Assembly: GCA_977862235.1 (NCBI GenBank)
Contig: OZ374563.1
Span: forward strand, 496,001 to 560,000
DNA: 64,000 bases
Direction of reading: 5' to 3'
DNA from: Dudresnaya verticillata
Lineage: Eukaryota
Made by a program: the position numbers and the translations under genes. Of the stretch, positions 1 through 9,755 are shown piece after piece (positions within the stretch are counted from its first letter, which is position 1; each line of letters starts with the position of its first letter). Under the pieces are notes generated by a model that was not told where the DNA came from, made no database searches, and worked only from the letters and a program-made list of their open reading frames with translations.

Positions 1-1
1 G

Positions 2-760
2 CCACTAGATGCCGATGAGTTTGTCGAAGACAAGCAGCCTGTTAAGTTTGTTGGCACAGCTGAGCTTGGATTTCCACACGTGCCGTTCATGCACCGGATC
101 TTGCAAGATGTGGAAAAGAAGAGGCCTGCACAGCTTGCCAGATGGAACTCCGTCCTCACCAATGGCAGGATTTTTCCACCGCTGACGGGGCAACGCACCT
201 TGTCTGAGAAGTTTCCAGTTGCGTGCGGTGTTCGTGATGAGTTCGGTAATCATACCGAACCTGGTGTTTTGTACTCCGTCAAGAGTGCGGTGCAGCCAAA
301 GTACCTGGACTACACGCATTACAGCAAGAGCGGCTCCTTCTTTGTCCATGGCATCAAACACTGGGGTCGCGTGGAGAGCGCGAAGGAGCTATGCTTCGTC
401 GAGCCGTACGATGAGTTTGAGGTGCCTTTCAATACCACTGACACTCAGTGGATGATTCTGCACTACTGGTGTCGCAGTCTGGCCGATTTCAACGTCAAGC
501 GAAGAAGAGGAAGACTTTCCGGATTACCGAAACGATCCATGGCTGAGCTGGCATTGCGAGAAACTTGGTGCCATGCAAACGGCCAAAAGGGCACTTCTAA
601 GAGTGCCCTCCTTCGTCAGGGGCTTGTGAGCGATCTCCTTGGTGATATCTATTCATTTCAAAAGGTTCAAGACCAGTATAACGCAAACGTGTCCTCAAGC
701 CTTGAACATACTCTGTACTTTCGACATCTACTGCAATCGCTCGGAATCATCCCGACGTAG
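2..760 (+). CDS. 5'-truncated glycosyltransferase-like protein (GT92/GT2-like), C-terminal part
   Basis: The frame of ORF 80..760 is open back to the window edge and reads PLDADEFV (DxDEF motif), later VKSAVQP and ILHYWCRS, a motif order typical of GT92/DUF23-like proteins. Confidence 0.55.
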   Translation, partial: PLDADEFVEDKQPVKFVGTAELGFPHVPFMHRILQDVEKKRPAQLARWNSVLTNGRIFPPLTGQRTLSEKFPVACGVRDEFGNHTEPGVLYSVKSAVQPKYLDYTHYSKSGSFFVHGIKHWGRVESAKELCFVEPYDEFEVPFNTTDTQWMILHYWCRSLADFNVKRRRGRLSGLPKRSMAELALRETWCHANGQKGTSKSALLRQGLVSDLLGDIYSFQKVQDQYNANVSSSLEHTLYFRHLLQSLGIIPT

Positions 761-1201
761 AGCGGTGTCGCTGTATTTCTTCCTGCACCGCCAGGCGCTC
801 GATTGTGAAGAATGCGAACTTGTCTCATAAAACGGCCCATAATGATTGGCAGCAATCCAACAAAGACAGTCCGATCGGCTGTCGAAAAGCCTCTGAGCAA
901 GTTCGTTTCAAACATACATGCAGGTAGTGCAGCAGAAAACCTGCTGGAATCCAAGCAGATGGTCCTCGATTGCCTTCGCATACAGCCATAGCAAGATACC
1001 TCCAATCGAGCGCCACAGCCATACCTTCACATAGGACGCTCTCATACCACCGGTTGGAGTAAGGACGTTTTGCGCATCACAGAGCGTCCTGTCATTGCCG
1101 ATCGCAAAATTCACATTCTTGGCTGCGGGAGTGCCGCCAACACCAGTTTGCCTTCCCGGTAAAGCACGCCTTGTCGTGAGCACGAGAGCCAGTCTATAGT
1201 C

Positions 1202-2452
1202 CTATAAGCCATCAAAAAAGCTGTTCCCACTCTCCTTGCTTTCGGCGGGCATCTCAAAAGTCTCTCGTTTCTTGCTCTTCTTTTTCTTTTTCTTTTTCGC
1301 CGGACGCGCTTGGTGCGCCCTTCCCATCCCCTTGGTCTCCTGGAGCCTATCCAACCCTTCCCCTTCATCTTGAGCTTTGCTTTCATCCTCGCCATCATCA
1401 ACAAGCAGCGCACCATCACAAAACCTGATATAGTCATCATGCCCCAGCAGCGCAAAAGCCGGCCTACCAAGCCCGGGAACACTGACCATGTCCTCGATTG
1501 GCCAAGCTTCTGGCTCAGCTCGCTTTTTCCTCTTCCCGGCCTTCTTCCCTTCTTGATATTCTTCCTCTCCAGCATATTCGAGCACCCCGACAAGCGACTT
1601 CTGCATGACATCAACAACCCTGACAACGCCATCCGTGCTCGTCGTCAGTGCAAGCGCGCCCTCCCCAACTGGCAGCACAGCATTGACACACTCGGGGTGC
1701 CCGTAGAAGCGTGAAACAAGCCGGGCCTCGTCCACCTCATTCTCTGCGTCCAAAATGCGGAGGCTGTACACATTAATAGCACCGGAGAGCGTACCTGCTA
1801 CGGCGCAGTCCGCGTCAGGGAGCACAGCAAGGGCGAGCAGGTCGTCCTGAAACGAGTCGGTCGCGTACTGCAGCTTGAGTCGCGGAAGGGGGCCCATCCG
1901 CAGGTCGTAGCAGCATAGTGTACCGTCGCCTGACGCGGCCAGCACGGCATCGGTGCCGTGGGCGGAAGCGCACCGCAGCGCCGAGATGTAGTCGCCTTGC
2001 TCCAGCACAGACGCGACCGGGCTGGCCGACGTCCGCGCGTCCAGCAAGTGCACGCCGCCAATGTCGTCGCCGGCGAGCACCAGGTGCGGCGACAGTGCTG
2101 TGAAGGTTGTTGTGGCTGGGGTGGGCTCGCCTGGTTGTGACGGCAGGGTGTATGCGCTAATCGGGGTGGGCGTGGTTTGGTCTAGAAGGTGTGGTTTCGT
2201 GGTTGAGGCGAGGAGGTGTGGAGAGGACGGGAGGAAGACAGTCGCTCGGCAGGGCGCGTCGAGTTGGTGCGTTGCTTTGGTGGTCGTGGAGGCGCTGGCC
2301 GAGTCTGGGGGGAAGCGGGAGATTAGCAGGCCGGAGGAGGAGAGGCCGACAGCTACCGTTGGGGTTGTTGGGTGGGCTGCGAGACACAGCGCTGGGTCGG
2401 AGAGGCGTAAATGCTGGGGCGGTGCAGCGGTTGGAGCGGACGGTGAGGCCAT
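1202..2452 (-). CDS. WDR55: WD40-repeat protein, WDR55/JIP5-like (ribosome biogenesis)
   Basis: First ATG at 2452 (MASPSAP). WD repeats include LAGDDIGGVHLLD, LAASGDGTLCCYD and GHPECVNAV. Ends with an acidic then Lys-rich tail and NSFFDGL, as in WDR55/Jip5. Confidence 0.72.
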   Translation of the reverse strand: MASPSAPTAAPPQHLRLSDPALCLAAHPTTPTVAVGLSSSGLLISRFPPDSASASTTTKATHQLDAPCRATVFLPSSPHLLASTTKPHLLDQTTPTPISAYTLPSQPGEPTPATTTFTALSPHLVLAGDDIGGVHLLDARTSASPVASVLEQGDYISALRCASAHGTDAVLAASGDGTLCCYDLRMGPLPRLKLQYATDSFQDDLLALAVLPDADCAVAGTLSGAINVYSLRILDAENEVDEARLVSRFYGHPECVNAVLPVGEGALALTTSTDGVVRVVDVMQKSLVGVLEYAGEEEYQEGKKAGKRKKRAEPEAWPIEDMVSVPGLGRPAFALLGHDDYIRFCDGALLVDDGEDESKAQDEGEGLDRLQETKGMGRAHQARPAKKKKKKKSKKRETFEMPAESKESGNSFFDGL

Positions 2453-2931
2453 GGCGGTGAGCGACTGGGGAGCTGCTATCGCTTCGCGAAGGCATCCCCA
2501 CGCAACAGAGATGCGGGGGCGGGTGCTTCTGGACACAGCGTTGGCGAAGTGATAATGACACGCCCCGCCGTCGAAAGAGAATTATCGGCGGAGCTGATTC
2601 GTTGTTCCCGCTGTTATGAGCAAGACTCCCTGGCTGGCCCGACTGGACCAGTTGAGGCCCCACTGAGCCGCGGCGGTCCGCAGCGGGATGCACGCGGTGG
2701 ACCACCGCAATCGCATCAAATGAAGAGAACAGAAAGACCGAGCGCCACCGTTTCGGATGGACGAAAGACTGGCGGCAAGCGCCGACCGAAGCCACACCTT
2801 GAAGCGAAACTTGCCCAGCAAGTTCGAAACGTCCGCTCCCTGTCTATATACAAGTCGTTCCGCACTCAACATTCTACCTACGTTCAGTTATACACAGTAC
2901 CCTGAATCCCCCTCGTAATAATACATCCCGC

Positions 2932-5884
2932 TCACCCGCGTCCTCGCCCGTTCCCAATCCCAAGGTCTCCGGGATCTGCCACACCCAAAAGGTTGTCATC
3001 CTCGAAGTCCGTCGGCCCTTCCAACGCGAGGTTATCTTGCATATTGTGCAGCATGTTTCCAATGTCGTTCTCGTCCTCAACCGCGCCCAAGTATTGCGGG
3101 ATGTCCAACGCATAGTTCGCCGCGCCCTGAGCACCCAGCTTCGCACTCCCGTTTCCACCCACCAGGCCAAGTTGTGCCATTGGGAACGACTTTTCCATTT
3201 GCTCTAGAGCTCCGGCATCCCCGTTGCCCCGACCCGATGTCGTCGTTTGCAACATGTCAAGAAATTGCCCAGCGCCACTCTCTGTTCCTATGTGTGATCC
3301 ATTTTGAGTAGCATCATGCCCCGCAGCATCCGTGCCATTGTTTTCACCATCACCTTCAAAACCAAGTTTCGGCCCTTGCTCATCGTTGCGTTTTGCAGCC
3401 CCCCGGCCCTGTCGCTCAGCTTTCTGTGATTGTCTGCGGCTGTCAACGTTTTGGCCTCCGGTGGTTCGCCCAGCTCCGATCAAGCCGACACTGGTAATGT
3501 CCCCTCCATCGGTCTCTGTACCAACACCTGTCGGTGCTGCTGCTGTTGCTGCCGCAGCAGCAGCAGCTGCTGCTGCTGCTTTCTGTTCAAGAGCACTGGT
3601 CCGAGCTGCTTGTGCAGCACTAGCCCCCCGCGATGAGTTCCCACCTCTTGGAGGCCCTCGTTCCCGGCCGCGCCGCCCATTTCCACCACCCCGACCACGA
3701 GAACGACCGCGACCACGGCGAGAAGGTGCAGACGTCGTCCCTTGCGCGCGCCCATCCACTGCCCCGCTTCCACCTGAAGCAACACTTTTCTGAGACAGCG
3801 TACCGCCACCCCGACTCGTCTGGCCTTGCCGGTCACTCTTTGCAGATCGGCTTTCAACTTCGCCATCTGCAGCCACCTTTTCTCGTTTCACGGAAGATCC
3901 CAGCACGGAACCAGTCACGCCAGCCGGATTCAATGCGCTTCCCTGTCGGCTCGCACTGCTTCCCTTGTTGTTCGAACTATCGGGAGTTGTTCGGCCCCTG
4001 GATCCTCCAGTGGTCTCTATAGTCTTCATAGCTCTACTTGAACTGTTCCGTTTCATATTTTCACGAGTGCTACCGCTCTTGTTTCCAGAACCTACCATGG
4101 AATCTGTCGGTGGCTTCTTGTCTGTGCTGATGTTGACCTCTCGATCCGCCATTGCCATCATCCCTGACTGCTTCAACAAATCCTCCCGGCCAAACGATTG
4201 GCGTATCCTGAACGAGTTTGGATCGCTCTTCAGCCCATTGCTCTCTAACAGGCGCTGCGCATGCCGTTGAATCTGTTCGGAAATCGGTGCCTCATCCGAA
4301 AGAGGTTTATCGTTCCCAGCAGTAGAGGACCTGTCTCGTCCATCCGCTTTCCCGCTCCGACTTTCCGCTCCACCGTTCTGGTTGCCCTTCTTCGGGGCGG
4401 GAACGGTACTCGGGATCCCCGAATACGGTGTCGAAGTATTCGCCAAAGAAACTGGTTGTCCGCTTGGCCACAGACGCATGCCATTGTCCAGAACGTATAC
4501 AAGTCCTTGGCTTGTCATGTGCATAGGAATTGAATCTTGTGGGACTTGAATTCCAGGTGCCCCAGTAGCCAAAGATGTATGCGGCATAGCAAAACCCGGG
4601 TCAGTGCCCTTTTGTGCCCCAGGTGTTCGTCTACCATCCGATCCTTTCCCATTGTCCCCCAGTCGATCGTTCGATGCCACCAACGAGTTTCGCCTGCCGT
4701 TTTGTACCTGACCTTGCGGAAAACCATCACACTGTCTCGCTCCCTGAGTTTGATCATGCGGTTGAAATGACCCCGTGGTTGGTAAAGGGCTGCTCCGAGA
4801 TGCAGGTCGTCCACTGTTTCGGGAGCCACCCTTGTCTCCGGCACCCAACTGAGACAAGAACTGAGCACTATTCATCCGATCAGCAGCCTGGCCATACACT
4901 TGCTGTCGCTGCTGACGCATCGCCATCAGCTGTGCTGCCCTACTACGCGCACTAGGATACCCTTGGTTCGCTTGATTCTGCTGCAAACCGCGAGATATGT
5001 TCTCAAGATCCACGCCCGAAATCTGCTTCTGTTGTTGCTGCAACTGATGTATGACTGGTGATACCGGTACGTTACCTTGGTAGAGTCCAGATGCCCTCTG
5101 CCGCTTCGCTGGACCTCTACTTTCAACACCAGCAGCAAATGCAGACGGGGGAGATAAGGCTTCGGATGGAGACGATCCTGCTGCCTTCCGTGAACCGCTC
5201 TGGCCGGCTGGTCTTTTCTTCACCCGAGGAGGTGCAGTAGACCCATTGACTCCAGCTCTTGGTTGTGACTCATCCTCCACCGTCTCGTCATAGGATCTGC
5301 TCGCATTGACGGACACTTCCATACTTCCGCGGCGGCTAGCCGAACTCGGGGCCTCACTACCCGGAATCTGTAGCCCGCTGAACGCACGTGGTTTCGCGCC
5401 CGCGGTTCCGTTCCCTCGGGGCGGGATCGCAGCTGAACCTGTAGGCATCTGAGATGTTGATACTCTACCAGATACTTGCGGCATCATTCCGCGGCCTGAG
5501 GCTGCAGCTGCTGCAGCTACCGCGGCAACAGCTGCTGCAGAACTGCTGCGGGGTGGGGCGGTTCGAGTGCCCACGGTAGAGAATATGCCATCTAGCGCAC
5601 CGTTCATTTCCAACATGTCACTTGACAATGCAGGAGCGGTTGCAGCCTGGTCCTGCGCAAGCGCTGCAGCCTTTTGGCCTTGAAGAGATGGCTCTATCGA
5701 GAGCGAATGCACACCCAGCTGTGATTGAGAGAGGCCTCGGCGATTGTCGGCAGAGGGATTACGACTTCTTGATGCTGCTGCTGCTGCCGCTGCTGCCGCC
5801 GCCGCCGCCGCAGATTGCTGTGATGAACGTTGCGCAGCCTGTATATGGGCGTGCTGTTGTTGCTGCTGTTGTTGCTGCTGCTGT

Positions 5885-5916
<32 letters not shown>

Positions 5917-6807
5917 TTGTTGTTGCTGTCGCTGAGCCTGTGATGGTTGCTGAGGCTGTGTAGATTGCGGTGATTGTTGAGGCTGCTGTTGTTGCTGCGG
6001 CTGCTGCGGCTGCTGCGTTTGCTGTTGCTGTTGTTGTTGGTGATGTCTCAACTGCTGGTTCTGCAATTGCTGTGGCACGTTTGGAATCGACGATGACGGA
6101 GCATTGCGGAAAGCATGTTGAGTAAGCATTGCCTGCGAAACTTGTTGTTGTTGCACACCCCTGGCTCCGGCTCGTTGCTGCGAGATCGAAGGATGTCCGG
6201 AAAATACATGCTGCGGATTCTGTTGCAAGTTAGCAGTTGTCAATGAACCGTGGCCCGGGATAGAAGCAGGCGCAGGCGGTGCGACAGCAGCATCGACGGG
6301 GACAGGGCCCAAAGATTGGGTGGGATTTTGTACGGGCGGGGTTTGAACCGGAAGAGACGGGTCTGGTGGTTGAGTCTGATGCTGGACATGAGGGTTCTGA
6401 TGTGATTGTGGTGGTTGTGGTGGCTGCTGAGCATGAGGCTGTTGTTGCAAGTGATGCGGTTGTTGTGGATGATGTGGATGGGTTTGCGGGTGCTGTTGCG
6501 GATGATGTGGGTGACGAATGTGATGCGATTGATGCGATGACGGTGGTTGTGGGGGTTGCTGCTGTGCGGGTTGGTGCCAGCGGGTACGTTGTACTCTGGA
6601 GCCCAAACGCGCGGAGAAGACATCCCAGAACAAACCAAACCATTCGAAGAGGAAGCCATTCGGAGAATCAACAGGCGGGTAGGAAATGGCCGGGTCGCCC
6701 TTCTGCATCTGATCAACTCGCAAACCCTCAGCGGCAGCAGTAAGGCCTCGCTTGTTGAGGTAGTCTAGGATGAAGGCGCGAAGAGCTTCTTCGGCCGGCA
6801 TGGCCAT
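2932..6807 (-). CDS. LisH/LUFS-domain Gln-rich transcriptional co-regulator (LEUNIG/Flo8/SSDP-like N-terminus, no WD40)
   Basis: 1291-aa ORF. N-terminus LRAFILDYLNKRGLTAAAEGL...DSPNGFLFEWFGLFWDVF is the LUFS signature, followed by polyQ/polyA low-complexity sequence. Confidence 0.8.
5852..6038. repeat. (CAG/CAA)n polyglutamine-coding repeat
   Basis: TGC/TGT triplet runs on + encode polyQ of the LUFS protein. Confidence 0.95.
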
Positions 6808-8629
6808 AGCGGGCTGAATGCCCGCTCTGTGGGCGAGGCTGGTTGCAGCGGGGACAAGGTGAGCAGGAGGCGATGGCCGAAGCAGGGGGGCAGGAAGGGT
6901 AGCGACGGTGCGGACAGATGTGTTAGGGATTTAGGGATGGTGAGTGAGGCGGCTTGTTGTGTGGGTTATTGTGACGAGGATACGGAATTGGATTTTTTTT
7001 TTTTTTTTGCAATGCGCTAGAAAGATAGCGGGTGTGTCTGTGGACAGTAGGATGACGGGGATAGGTTGATGAGTGCCTGTTTGGTTTGGCAAAGAGTGCA
7101 AAATGGGTGGGCAACAGCAGGTGAGCAGGAAATGGCGAGGAGAGTTGTTACCGGTTGCGGTATGGGAAGGTTGGGTTTGGTGAGCACGTGCAAGCAATGC
7201 GGTCAAAGGCGAAGGTGAGATTTTGGAAGCGATGATGCAAAATTGTGGATGTCGCACGGCAGCAAGGCTGGATGAAGGAGCAGAACAGGTAATGTGGTTA
7301 TGGTAGGAGGTCTGCAGACGGATGAAGAGCGCGGGGGTGTTGGGGAAGGCAAGACAAGTGAAGGCAGGACGGGTGGCAGACACACGGCATGCGGGGCTGT
7401 TTTTGTCGGGGACCAAGCAGCTCGGCGGTTTGCTAAGATGATGATTATGTGCTTTCCTGGATTGGCAAAGAAAAATGTTGAGTGAGGGTCAGAGGTGGTG
7501 TGTGTGGCGCGGTTGCGACAAAGTTGGGGGATGAGAACGTGGATGAGGCAAGAGGGTTGTGTGTTTGTTTGTCGGGACGTTGAAGGGAAGACGGGGTGGG
7601 GGTAGGGGGAAGCGAGAGGAGGTTGTGAGATAAGCGGGGAATTGAGCGGGGTTTCGGGGGTAGAGGACCGGGTTAGTCGGGTGAGCAGTATAGTCTCGCA
7701 TGGGTTTGGAAGGCGGGGCGTGGGTGGTGGGGCAGTCAGTCCGCGGGGATGGATGGGGTTGGGACCGATCAGGTGTGCGTGGCGGCCACGGTTGCGCACG
7801 TGTCATTCGCATTACACACGCGAGCGGTTGGTCCGCGGGGACCTGAGGGGCAGCGAACGGGTGCTCGCGGGCAGTTCCACCAGTGCATGGGGCGGTGGCG
7901 GGACGTCACAGAAATTCGGGGCTCGCGGGGCGGGGCATTGACGCGGGGCGGGGCCTAAATTTGGATGCGGACTGGAGTGGAACTACGGTGGAACAGAGGG
8001 CATTGGGCAGCGACCGGACAGATCATCGCGACGGGCGCGGCGTACCGCCTGTTTCCCGGGCCTCGGGGCCTCGACTCGCGGGCGTGCGGCGCGGCGCACG
8101 CTCGAGTGGTGGCGGGGCCCAATGGCGTTGTGCAGAAAAAATGTACCGGATTTCGGCGGCACGCAGCTACGGCGTGTGTGCGGCTTGTGTGCAGGGCGGT
8201 GTTGTGCGTGCGCGACTGCTGTACGTGCGGATCATCTGCGGGCCGGGTGGTTGCTGCGGCGCGAAGTGCGACGGATTTGCGCGAAACGATCGCAGCAGAT
8301 GCGACTCCAGCTGAATGGCGGTTACTTTCTGCAAGGTGCGCGGCGTGCCGCGCGTCGAGCGGGTTGCACGCGAGCGAGCGCAGACACCTGTGCATGCGGC
8401 GCATGCCGACAGTCTCTGCGGGCTGGTCGGATCGCGTGCGGGGTGGCAGGGTGGCAGGCAGAGAGAGCGACTCGAGTCGTGCGCGTTTGAGTGTCTGTGT
8501 GTGTTACAGTGTGATGAGAGAGACGTACAGTAGTCGGGCCTTGCGGGTTCCCTTCACAACGGTCTAATTCGGCATGACGCAGAGACGAGACCGGGCGAGG
8601 CGAAGAAAGCGTGCGGGCGTGCACGTTCC

Positions 8630-8630
<1 letters not shown>

Positions 8631-8668
<38 letters not shown>
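8631..8668. repeat. (TC)n microsatellite
   Basis: Perfect TC run. Confidence 0.98.
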
Positions 8669-8671
<3 letters not shown>

Positions 8672-8779
8672 CTGGGAATGACGCGGGAACATATCCCGTC
8701 CTCGTCCCGCCCCCCCTCCCGTCCCGTCCCCCCTTCCCCCCTCTCGCCGCCCTCACCTCCCGCAGATCGTCCCCGCCCC

Positions 8780-8782
<3 letters not shown>

Positions 8783-8844
<62 letters not shown>
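8783..8844. repeat. (CT)n microsatellite abutting the 5' end of the non-LTR element
   Basis: Perfect CT run of about 62 nt. Confidence 0.98.
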
Positions 8845-8846
<2 letters not shown>

Positions 8847-8857
8847 GGGCGGCAGAG

Positions 8858-9650
8858 TGTGGCAGTATGGACGCTGTCAGCAGAAGGGCTTACAGGAGCG
8901 CCTCCCTTTTCGCGGGACAGGCTGTCCCTTAATCAGGACAGCTGTCCTTTCATCGCTGCACACGTGGAATACACGTGTGTACACGTGGGCTTACAGCTAT
9001 ACACGTGGTATGCACGTGGCATTGTAATGACGCCAGTTGGACACCTCGTATTGGTTGATTTATGACGCGCCGCTGCGCTCCTACTCACGAACGAGGAGCA
9101 CCTCTGCGCTCAGGGTATCGACAGTGCAGCCGGGGCCTCGGCTTGCGCACCGGCGTATCCGCAACCAAGTCCCCTAACTGGAATGCATTCCCAATTTTGA
9201 CTCGTACTGACTGTACTAACCTACGTAACTATAATCATAGACTAACTTAGACCCCCTTTCGGGTTGATAGACTTTTCGGCTGTCAAGCCTACTTATGGGC
9301 ACCGGAATACCCGGCGTCCTCAGAATAAACACTCAGCGGAGTTGTTCGGGATGTTTCCACCTTTTGGTCGCTCGGACGCTCCGCGCCTGCAGGGGTCGCC
9401 CAGTACAGGCCCGGACCTCGTACGACAAGTACTCTACGAAATACCGGGTCGCAACCTCTATACTTTCCCTCAGTCGGTCGCGCCGAGTCTTTACCGTGCT
9501 TCCGCACCCCCCCCCCCTTCCGTTAATCAGGGCCCGCCTTTTTCCAAGCCTCTACCAACCCTCCTTCGAGCTACCACTAATTAGCGTGTGATATCGGACA
9601 GCTGTCTTTTCTTGTTCTTTGCTGTTTCTGGCCGGGGCCATACTGCTACA
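8858..9650 (+). mobile_element. Solo LTR (Gypsy-type) in the 5' UTR of the non-LTR element
   Basis: Termini TGTGGCAGTATGG...CCATACTGCTACA; TSD CAGAG at 8853-8857 and 9651-9655; 3' half resembles the Gypsy A LTR. Confidence 0.92.
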
Positions 9651-9755
9651 CAGAGGCGCACCGTTATAGGTGACGAAGCGGTTCGATCGTCAAAAGACGA
9701 AAGCGCCTCGGCCACTCCCCTCCCCAGCGTGTGATCTCCGAGATCACTCACAACC

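Noticed and set aside
5744..5935. Poly-cysteine ORF and other short ORFs over the LUFS gene
   Set aside because: Antisense shadows of the polyQ/polyA codon repeats.
6829..8630. Numerous overlapping 60-200 aa ORFs
   Set aside because: GC-rich upstream region with no recognisable protein features; expected by chance.
9241..9650. LTR-like module as a native 5' UTR shared between a LINE and LTR elements
   Set aside because: It lies within a solo LTR (8858-9650) with TG..CA ends and a CAGAG TSD, so it is an insertion.
9653..9709. Hammerhead ribozyme
   Set aside because: A three-stem layout and GAAA are present, but the CUGANGA core and NUH site are not.
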